Origin: an uncultured Treponemataceae bacterium
Lineage (GTDB): Bacteria; Spirochaetota; Spirochaetia; Treponematales; UBA12059
NCBI GenBank assembly: GCA_964482955.1
Contig: CAYZZW010000007.1
Coordinates: 5,315 to 69,314 of the forward strand
Direction of reading: 5' to 3'
Length of the DNA stretch: 64,000 bases
The position numbers were made by a program, and so were the translations under genes. Below the pieces are notes generated by a model that saw only the letters and a list, made by a program, of their open reading frames with translations, made no database searches and had not been told where the DNA came from. Shown here piece by piece: positions 56,773 to 64,000 of this stretch; position 1 is the first letter of the stretch; the number at the start of each line of letters is the position of its first letter.

Positions 56773-57450
56773 TTAGAACTTGTAACCGGCGAAGATACCG
56801 ATGTCGAGCTTGAGGCCGAGGATGCCGGCGCTGTCGGCGCCGCTATCCTCAGCGTCCTTGACTTGGTCGGACTCGAGCTTGGAGGGAATCTTGTACCCGA
56901 GATCGACGATCGGGCGGACGTAGATCTTGTCGGTGATGTTGAAATCGGCGCCGACGCCCGCCTTGATGAAGAGCATGTTGAGGTTGGCGATCTCGTCATC
57001 GGACATGCCGTCTTTCATGTCGTTGCCGTCCGCGTCTTCGTACTTCATGTTGAGGGCATACTCGAAGCCGGCGAACGGAAAGAGGGTGAAGCCGCCCATG
57101 GCGATGGGATACTTGCCGGCGAGGCCGAGGGACAGGTAGTGGATGGCTTCGCCGTCGAGTTCGATTTCGTCCGTCGGACCGCCGAGATCTGCGAAGTCGA
57201 TCGCCATCTTGCCGGCGACCACCATGCTGTAGCCGACGTTGGCCATGACGTAGGTGGCGTCGAAGAAGGCCGAGAATCCGAGCATGGAGTAATTGAAGCT
57301 CTGGGTGCCGGCGTCGCTGCCGACTTTGACGGTGAGGGTGTTCGAGTACTGGTTGAAATTGAGACCGGCGCCGGCGCTCATTTCGATGCCTTCGGCGAAG
57401 GCCATGGTGCTGATCGCCAGGAGGGCGATCACGAGAGCAAACTTCTTCAT
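56773..57450 (-). CDS. small outer-membrane beta-barrel protein
   Basis: Signal peptide ending AFA; alternating beta strands; terminal AGYKF; GGAGG RBS. Confidence 0.8.
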   Translation of the reverse strand: MKKFALVIALLAISTMAFAEGIEMSAGAGLNFNQYSNTLTVKVGSDAGTQSFNYSMLGFSAFFDATYVMANVGYSMVVAGKMAIDFADLGGPTDEIELDGEAIHYLSLGLAGKYPIAMGGFTLFPFAGFEYALNMKYEDADGNDMKDGMSDDEIANLNMLFIKAGVGADFNITDKIYVRPIVDLGYKIPSKLESDQVKDAEDSGADSAGILGLKLDIGIFAGYKF

Positions 57451-57488
57451 ACTTCCTCCAAAAGGGGATGAATTTGTGAACGGGGAAT

Positions 57489-57517
57489 AATCTAACACGG
57501 TCGATTCGCTTTTTCAA
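57489..57517 (-). promoter_or_regulatory. OMP promoter
   Basis: TTGAAA-17-TAGATT. Confidence 0.6.
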
Positions 57518-57674
57518 GCCAAGGAGGACGATTTATAGAGTTATGAAGTAAATAAATAATATATACGAAGAACAATATACAACGGGTTGAGATAGCCAGC
57601 CGCGCCGAGAGTGAAGGCGCGGCGGTTTTGTACTATAGTTGCTGTCATTCAACCGAGATTCCGAGGAGGATCCC

Positions 57675-59693
57675 ATGCGTCGTTTCCGTATCGCCCTCGC
57701 CGCGTTCCTGGCGGTTCTGGCGCTCGCTTCCGTGTCGGCCCAGGTAGCCGGCGAGCTGCCGGTCACCCGCGTCGTGCTCTTTTCGTCGGGCGTCGGGTAT
57801 TTCGAGCATCGCGGCCGGGTCGCGGGCGAAGCCGTGGTCCTCCTGCCCTTCGGCGTGGGCGACGTCAACGACGCGCTCAAGTCGCTCGTCGTGCGCGACC
57901 CCGGATCGGCTTCGCCCTCGGTGAGCTACGCGTCGCAGGAGAGCCTCGACCGCGCGCTCAAGGGCTTCAGCGTCGACCTCTCGGGGTCGCCCAAGGTCGC
58001 CGACATCCTGGCCCGGCTCCGCGGCGCGGACGTGCAGGTGGACACGCCGACCACGCTCTCGGGGCGCATCGTCGGCGTCGAGACGCGGCCGGGCAAGGAG
58101 CCGGGGACGACGACGCAGTTCCTCGTCATCCTGACGAAGGACGGCGTCCGCGCCGTGCCGCTCGACGGGATCGCCGCGTTCCGCTTCACGGACCGGAAGA
58201 TCACCGAGGACTTCGAGCGCGCGCTCGCCCTCATCCTGGAGGCGCAGGACACCCAGCGCCGCGTCCTCGAGCTCAAGCTGCCCGGTTCCTCCGCGCGCGA
58301 AGCCGCCGTCGGCTACGTCGTCGCGGCGCCGATCTGGAAGGCGTCGTACCGTCTCGACCTGGCGGGGCAAAAGCCCTACCTGCAGGGTTGGGCCATCATC
58401 GACAACCCCACGGAACAGGACTGGAAGAACGTCGAGCTGTCGCTCGTGAGCGGGCGTCCCGTGTCCTTCATCCAGGATCTGTACAGCCCGCTCTACGTGG
58501 AGCGGCCGGAGATTCCGCTCGCCATCGCGGGGGCTGCCAAGCCGCGGTACCTGGATTCGGGCGTGTCCGGCGACGAGTACGACGAGTACAAGGAAAAGTA
58601 CGAGGAAGCGGAAGCGTACGACCGGTCCGTCGGAGCCGGCGCGCCGCCGGCGCCGGCCTCGGCCGCGAAGTCCGCCTACGCGGAGCCGCGCCGCCCGAGC
58701 GAAAGTCTCGCCGAGCAGAACCTCGAGACCGCGCGCGCCAAGGCCGCGGGCGAGCTCTTCGAGTTCACGGTGAAAAAGCCCGTGACCCTCGAGCGCCGGA
58801 AGAGCGCCATGCTGCCGCTCGTCGCCGGCGAACTCACGGTGGAAAAGGTGAGCGTGTACGCGCCGGGACAGGAAACCCCGATGACGGGCGCGCGGATCAC
58901 GAACACCACGGGCATGAAGCTGCCGGCCGGTCCCATCACCGTGTTCGACGGCGGCGTGTACGCGGGCGACGCGCTCATCGACTTCCTGCCCGAAAAGGAA
59001 AAGCGCCTCATCGTCTACGGCGACGACCTTTCGCTCGTGGCCTCGTCGAATCTCGGATCCGCGGAAGAGACCGTCGGGATCACGATCTACAAGGGCTCGC
59101 TCCGCTTCTCGCGTCGGGTCACCTACGCGCGCACGTACGAGTTCCGCAACGCCGGAACCGCCGCGAAGAAAGTCGTCGTGGAGCACCCGATCATGTCCGG
59201 CGCCGAGCTCTTCGAGCCGAAGAGCTTCGACGAAAAGACCGCCGCCTTGTACCGCTTCTCGGTCGCGGTGGCCTCCGGCGCGTCGTCGACCTTCGTCGTG
59301 AAGGAACGTTATCCCCGCACGGACACCGTCGTCGTCGGCAACCTGCCCCTCGATTCGCTCGTCGCCTACTCGACGAACAAGGAGATGCCGCCGAAGGTGC
59401 GCGACGCCCTGGCCAAGGCGGCCGACTTGAAGCGCGGCCTCGAAGACCGGAAACGCGCGCTGAACGAACTCCAGAACCGCAAGAAGGAGCTGACCGACGA
59501 ACAGTCGCGCATCCGCGACAACCTGGATTCAGTCGGCACCACGTCAACGCAGGGTCAGCAGTATCTCAAGAAGCTCCTCGACGCGGAGAACGAGATCGAG
59601 TCGACCAACGCGAAGATCGTCGACGCCCGCAAGGCCGTTTCCGACGCCCAGACGGCGTACGACACCTACGTCGCCTCGCTCACGGTGGAGTGA
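57675..59693 (+). CDS. DUF4139/DUF4140 domain secreted protein
   Basis: LPVTRVVLFSSGVGYFEH, WKASYRL, LQGWAIIDN, LSLVSGRP; coiled-coil C-terminus. Confidence 0.85.
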   Translation: MRRFRIALAAFLAVLALASVSAQVAGELPVTRVVLFSSGVGYFEHRGRVAGEAVVLLPFGVGDVNDALKSLVVRDPGSASPSVSYASQESLDRALKGFSVDLSGSPKVADILARLRGADVQVDTPTTLSGRIVGVETRPGKEPGTTTQFLVILTKDGVRAVPLDGIAAFRFTDRKITEDFERALALILEAQDTQRRVLELKLPGSSAREAAVGYVVAAPIWKASYRLDLAGQKPYLQGWAIIDNPTEQDWKNVELSLVSGRPVSFIQDLYSPLYVERPEIPLAIAGAAKPRYLDSGVSGDEYDEYKEKYEEAEAYDRSVGAGAPPAPASAAKSAYAEPRRPSESLAEQNLETARAKAAGELFEFTVKKPVTLERRKSAMLPLVAGELTVEKVSVYAPGQETPMTGARITNTTGMKLPAGPITVFDGGVYAGDALIDFLPEKEKRLIVYGDDLSLVASSNLGSAEETVGITIYKGSLRFSRRVTYARTYEFRNAGTAAKKVVVEHPIMSGAELFEPKSFDEKTAALYRFSVAVASGASSTFVVKERYPRTDTVVVGNLPLDSLVAYSTNKEMPPKVRDALAKAADLKRGLEDRKRALNELQNRKKELTDEQSRIRDNLDSVGTTSTQGQQYLKKLLDAENEIESTNAKIVDARKAVSDAQTAYDTYVASLTVE

Positions 59694-59696
59694 TTT

Positions 59697-59882
59697 AGAC
59701 ACGAAGGTCACGAAGAACACGAAGGACACGAAGGAAGAGGGAGTAAGAAGATTGGCCACAGAGGCGCAGAGGGAAGATGGAAGAAGGTTAGAGAGGAAGA
59801 GGGCTAAGATAGTATATCTCTAGCCTTCCTTCTTTCTCTTCTCCGTGTCCTCCGTGGCTGAATCTCCGTGCCTCCGTGGTGA
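59697..59882. repeat. CACGAAG/CACGGAG element with inverted arms
   Basis: CACGAAGGTCACGAAGAACACGAAG...CCACAGAGGCGCAGAG...CTCCGTGTCCTCCGTGG. Confidence 0.8.
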
Positions 59883-59926
59883 GTCTTGCGCGAGCCGTCC
59901 TGGAGCCGAAGCCGTGAAGGCCCCGG

Positions 59927-60421
59927 CTACGGGGCGACGGGCTCGGCGCGGCCGGTGGCGAAGAGGATGAGGACGACGCCGATGGTGATGTAGAGGTCGG
60001 CGACGTTGAGGACGCCGGTGCGGAGGCTCCCGATGCCGGCGTTGATGAAGTCGCGCACGAAGCCGCCGCGGAACACGCGGTCGGCCAGGTTGCACAGGCC
60101 CCCCGCCGCGACGAGCAGGTAGCCCCAGCGCGCCATCGCGTTCGCGGGCTTGCCGCGGATTATCTCCACGATCACCCAGACGACGACGCCGAGCGGCAGG
60201 GCGACGAAGAGGGCGATCCACAGTACCGGATGGAAGCCCGAGCCGAGGCCGAGGAAGGCGCCGCCGTTCTCGGCGTACACGAAGACGAGGAAATCGCCGA
60301 TCAGGCGGATGGTGCCCTTGCCCTTGATGAAGAGTTCGGCGGCCCATTTCGAGGCGAAGTCGGCGGCGCACAGGAGCGCGAGGATGCCCGCTTGCGCGAG
60401 CAAGGTGCGTTTCGGAATCAT
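59927..60421 (-). CDS. lspA: lipoprotein signal peptidase II
   Basis: DFASK, NGGAFLG, GGLCNLADR, DFI, LNVAD; TATAAT 7 nt upstream of ATG 60421. Confidence 0.92.
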   Translation of the reverse strand: MIPKRTLLAQAGILALLCAADFASKWAAELFIKGKGTIRLIGDFLVFVYAENGGAFLGLGSGFHPVLWIALFVALPLGVVVWVIVEIIRGKPANAMARWGYLLVAAGGLCNLADRVFRGGFVRDFINAGIGSLRTGVLNVADLYITIGVVLILFATGRAEPVAP

Positions 60422-60576
60422 GGGCGGCATTATACCGGGGTGGCCGCCCCGCGTCGACCCGAGCGGGATAGGTCGACGATGGGCGCCGAAGGCGCGACGG
60501 ACCGCTTAGCGGACGATCGCGCGACGTCGGACGGATCGCCCTTGCCGAGCGCGAAAGCCCGTGGCATGATGGCCGC

Positions 60577-61044
60577 ATGATCGAAGCACGGCGGACCGGC
60601 GCCTACGACCGGATCTACGAACAGCTCAAACCCCTCATCGAGGGAAAGTCGCCCAACCTGACCGCGGGCATGGCCACCATCGCCGCGGTGCTGCACGCCA
60701 AGCTCAAGCACCACTTCTGGACCGGCTTTTACTTCGTCGCCGGAGCGGACGAACTCCACGTCGGCCCGTATCAGGGCGCGGTCGCCTGCCAGGTGCTCAA
60801 GGGCCGCGGCGTCTGCCTGGCCTCCGTCCAGCGCAAGGCCGCCGTGGTCGTGCCGGACGTCGAGGCCTTTCCCGGCCACATAGCGTGCGACTCGCGCGCG
60901 AAGAGCGAGATCGTCGTCCCCCTCGTGAAGGACGGCAAGGTGGTCGCGGTCCTCGACGTCGACTCGGACAAGCCCGCCCAATTCGACGACGACGATATCG
61001 CCCCCCTCTCGAGGATCGTCAGCCTTCTCGAACGCTTGGCCTGA
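60577..61044 (+). CDS. msrC: GAF-domain free Met-R-sulfoxide reductase-like protein
   Basis: WTGFY, GPYQG..AC, GVC, VPDVEAFPGHIACD...SEIVVP, LDVDS. Confidence 0.85.
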   Translation: MIEARRTGAYDRIYEQLKPLIEGKSPNLTAGMATIAAVLHAKLKHHFWTGFYFVAGADELHVGPYQGAVACQVLKGRGVCLASVQRKAAVVVPDVEAFPGHIACDSRAKSEIVVPLVKDGKVVAVLDVDSDKPAQFDDDDIAPLSRIVSLLERLA

Positions 61045-61050
61045 GAGGTC

Positions 61051-61797
61051 TCAGCGGAGTTCGAAGGTGATCGTCACGCGGGCGGTGACGGAGATCTGGC
61101 CGGGCGCGAGCGTGCCCGAGCCGCCGGATCCTTCCTGACCCGCTTCGCTCATGACGTTCTGCGTCATGCCGCGGACCCCGCCGCCCCAGGAGTTCCACGC
61201 GCGCCACGAATCGTCCCCTTCCTGGATCGACAAGGGAACTCCCACGCTCTGCTTGAGGACGCCCGCCATGGCTTCGGCCTTTTCGCGCGCCGCCGTGACG
61301 GCGAGCCTCCGCGCCTCGTCCCGGTGCTTGCGGAGCTCGGTCGTGCGGAACGCGATGTCGTCCACGTCGTTCACGCCGGCTTCGAGCAGGGCCGTGAGGA
61401 GCGCGTCGAACTTCGTAAGGTCGGACAGGGTGGCCGTGACGGCGCGGGTCACCCGGTATCCCGTGGCGACGTACTTGCCGTTCGCGTATTCGGTGGTCGG
61501 CGAGACGCTCAGGTAGCCGGTCTGGACGCGCTTGTCGGCGACGCCGTACGCCGGCAACAGCTTGAGGACGCGTTGCATGACCGCGTCGTTCTGGCTTTTC
61601 GCCGTCGCGAGCTTCGAGTCACGCGTCGTCACGCCGAACGACAGGACGACCTCGTCGGGCGCCACGAGCACCTCGGCCTCGCCCGTCACCGTGATGACGC
61701 GCGGCTGGCCCGCCGTCCCCTGAGCCCCGACCGTCCCGACCGCCAAGACCAACGCCGCCGCCGCTATCCCCGCCCTCACGCCGCGCAAAACGTCCAT
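61051..61797 (-). CDS. SIMPL (DUF541) domain protein
   Basis: ITVTGEAEV.VAPD, A...AREKAEAMA, LAPGQISV.ARV...FEL. Confidence 0.9.
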   Translation of the reverse strand: MDVLRGVRAGIAAAALVLAVGTVGAQGTAGQPRVITVTGEAEVLVAPDEVVLSFGVTTRDSKLATAKSQNDAVMQRVLKLLPAYGVADKRVQTGYLSVSPTTEYANGKYVATGYRVTRAVTATLSDLTKFDALLTALLEAGVNDVDDIAFRTTELRKHRDEARRLAVTAAREKAEAMAGVLKQSVGVPLSIQEGDDSWRAWNSWGGGVRGMTQNVMSEAGQEGSGGSGTLAPGQISVTARVTITFELR

Positions 61798-61875
61798 ACC
61801 CCGCTCCTTCGACAAAGTTTCTCCGGAAACGATAGCACGAAAAGGACGTCCGGGGCGCCCCCGCCGCTCCGCGGC

Positions 61876-61953
61876 GGGTCGGGCTATCCGCTCCAAGTCC
61901 TCGAAGGCGGCAAAGCCGCCTTTTCCGGGCTTTCCGCTTCTATCCCTGGCGCG
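61876..61953. repeat. GGGTCGGGCT...CCGGGCTTTCCGCT element
   Basis: Matches 49576-49657 and partly 56575-56680. Confidence 0.7.
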
Positions 61954-62023
61954 GTACCCCGCGCGCTCATGAACCCAGGCTTCGTAGCTCCGATGCCGAA
62001 CCGATCGCGCCCGCCGGAAGGGA

Positions 62024-62379
62024 CTCTCGTAATCGGTTCATAGCCCAAAAAGCCCGGCGCGCATTGCGGCTATGTCGGCCGATTGTCGAAAGATCCGGAT
62101 TGAGGAGCGCGGCCTGCCGGGATCACGGTGGCGCTGGGTAACGTGTCGAATGTGACCGCCGAATGGGCTCTCATAATCGGTTCAAAGCTCAAAAAGCCCG
62201 GCGTGCATTGCGGATATGTCGGCCGATTGTCGAAAGATCCGGATTGAGTAATGCGGTGTGCTGGGAGCGAGGTGGCGCTGGGTAATGTATCGAATGTGAC
62301 CGCCGAATGGGGGAAATAGCTACCCGCGACGAATATTGCGAGTACTCTCGCCTATTCGTCGCGGGTAGCTATTTGCCCC
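62024..62379. repeat. 2 x 144-bp tandem repeat followed by 71-bp type I hairpin
   Basis: Units at 62024 and 62168, each ending GAATGTGACCGCCGAATGGG; hairpin 62309-62379. Confidence 0.88.
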
Positions 62380-62439
62380 AGTCCTCGGCACATCCGATTC
62401 GACGACGATCCGTCGCACCCTTTGTCGATTTTCCCCCGC

Positions 62440-64000
62440 TCACACCTTCCTGATGTTGCGCCGCAGCGAGTCGAACACAGATGCGAACTGCGACGCCTCG
62501 CGGTAGAACACCGGGGGATACCCGAGCGGCGCTTCCACCGTCGTGTAGCCGCCGCGGAACACGCGCGAACTCCAGAGGTGCACCCACGTGTCGTCGGGGA
62601 GGTAGAGGTCGTGGAGGTCCTTCCCGGGCAGGCACACGGGCGCCACGAGGAGGTCGCGTCCGTAGAGGTACTGCCGTTCCTGGCGGTGCGCCTCGTCGTC
62701 GCGTTCGTAGTGGAGGAAGGTGTGGCGGACCGGCGGGACGCCCGTCGACGCGTACTCGTCCATCACGTGCCGGTGATAGGGCGCCAGGGCGGCGTGGATC
62801 TCGGTGCAGCGGACGAAATGGCGCAGGGTGGCTTCGTCGGTCCAGAACTGGTGGGCGCGATCCGGCTTCGTGGTCTCGTCGGTGCGCATGATCGGCGAGA
62901 AGGTTTCGAGTTCGGCCCAGCGCATGAAGGTTTCGCGCGAGCGGCGGCGGCCGCGCGCGGCGACCGAGCCGCCGATGGGCGAGTGGGTGATCCCGCCGCC
63001 GGAAAAGCCGAGCGACAGCGCGGAGGGCACCACGCTCGCGATGCCGTCGTCGCGGTCCATGTCGGTCGTGCGGTCGCCCGACCAGAACGCGCGGGCGTGG
63101 CGCGCGGAGCCGGCCCAGCCGGAGCGGAGGCAGTACACGGCGTCGGTCGCGCCCGCGGCTTCGGCCGCTTCCGCGTTGAGACGCGCCCACAGGACCGGAT
63201 ATACGTTGTGCGCTTCCATGCCGGTCGCGCCGGAGGGCAGCACGGCGTCCGGCGGTAGGCACTCGCCCGAATCCGCCAGCCAGCCGCCCATGCCGATCCC
63301 GGCCATGTTCGCGGCGACGATGCCGCGCAACCATGCGTACGCGTCTGGGTTCGCGAGGTCGACGAGGGCCGCGGGCGCGGTCGGAACGTTCGCGAGGTAC
63401 TCCTCGCCCTCCGGATTCCGCACGAGGAAGCGCTTCGCGCTCGCTTCGCGGTACAGGTCTCCGTCGACCGAAAGGAAGGGATTCACGTAGCCGATGAACC
63501 GCACGCCCGCCTTGGCGAGCGAGGCGACGGTGCCGGGCAGGTCGGGATACGACGCTTCGTCGTAACGCCAGTTCCACGCCGGACGGAAGCCGGCTCGGGT
63601 TTCGCGGCGGCCGCACCAGTCGGGAACGTAGACGGCGGACACTTTCGCGCCCGCGTCCATGGCGGACTGGAGGCGGCGCAAGACAGCGTCCGTGCCGCCG
63701 TGGAGCGCGAGCCACGCCCCCGCGTAGGGCCAGGCCGGCAAACCGTCCTGCCGGCCCGCGCTGGCGCCGAGGGCGGCCACCGTCTCGGGCGCGTTCCGGC
63801 CGAGACCGATCGTCACCGAGTCCGGGATGCCCCAGCATTCGACGAAGGTGCGCGGTCCCTTGCGGAAGTCGAAAACGCAGCGCGCGCCCGTCTCCACGCG
63901 CACGAAGTAGCCGGCGCTCGAGACGAAGCTCGGAATCGGGAGGCACGCGGCGCGAAGCGACAGGCCCGCGCAGTCGCGGTGCTTCGGCGGCATCCAGGCG
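62440..64000 (-). CDS. GH31 alpha-glycosidase, YihQ-like (5' truncated by window edge)
   Basis: DWCG..WNW, YVNP, GWLADSGE, WSGD, DDGIASVV, QYLYGRDLLVAPV; frame open to the right edge. Confidence 0.85.
   Translation of the reverse strand, partial: AWMPPKHRDCAGLSLRAACLPIPSFVSSAGYFVRVETGARCVFDFRKGPRTFVECWGIPDSVTIGLGRNAPETVAALGASAGRQDGLPAWPYAGAWLALHGGTDAVLRRLQSAMDAGAKVSAVYVPDWCGRRETRAGFRPAWNWRYDEASYPDLPGTVASLAKAGVRFIGYVNPFLSVDGDLYREASAKRFLVRNPEGEEYLANVPTAPAALVDLANPDAYAWLRGIVAANMAGIGMGGWLADSGECLPPDAVLPSGATGMEAHNVYPVLWARLNAEAAEAAGATDAVYCLRSGWAGSARHARAFWSGDRTTDMDRDDGIASVVPSALSLGFSGGGITHSPIGGSVAARGRRRSRETFMRWAELETFSPIMRTDETTKPDRAHQFWTDEATLRHFVRCTEIHAALAPYHRHVMDEYASTGVPPVRHTFLHYERDDEAHRQERQYLYGRDLLVAPVCLPGKDLHDLYLPDDTWVHLWSSRVFRGGYTTVEAPLGYPPVFYREASQFASVFDSLRRNIRKV

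Noticed and set aside
33497-59882. CACGAAG runs or other repeats as a CRISPR array
   Set aside because: No constant repeat with unique equal-length spacers, dispersed across gaps, and no cas genes
62024-62311. 144-bp and 192-bp repeats as coding repeats (both multiples of 3)
   Set aside because: Frames I translated for the 144-bp unit hit stops or gave no recognisable protein, and no credible start or RBS is present for either

Overview
High-GC (roughly 70% in coding regions) chromosomal window, most likely from a free-living anaerobic spirochaete (inferred from the short-form AlaRS, cdaR-acpS-DUF2225-truA block, Bat cluster, FlgD-Ig giant protein and treponemal-type OMP). Contents: YbbR/acpS/truA block; a minus-strand histidine operon (hisG-hisC-hisB-hisHF fusion-hisA/I/E triple fusion-hisD) with a His-rich leader peptide and two tandem terminators; cobalamin riboswitch-btuFCD-cobT; acyl-CoA ligase; a 3104-aa secreted beta-rich protein ending in a FlgD-Ig domain; a GT28/APH-kinase/nucleotidyltransferase operon; a caspase-FGE protein; ferritin; alaS; tRNA-Leu(TAA); TIGR03546/03545 plus MoxR/Bat cluster; infA; aroK-aroA; DUF362; satP; a [FeFe]-hydrogenase-like/MCP fusion; OMP; DUF4139; lspA; msrC-like GAF; SIMPL; partial YihQ-like GH31. 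No transposase, integrase or CRISPR array was found. Nearly every intergenic gap holds short structured repeats from at least three families, including ~71-bp hairpins whose arms vary but stay complementary. Several genes appear to be leaderless. All family assignments come from motif recognition by eye; no database searches were run.
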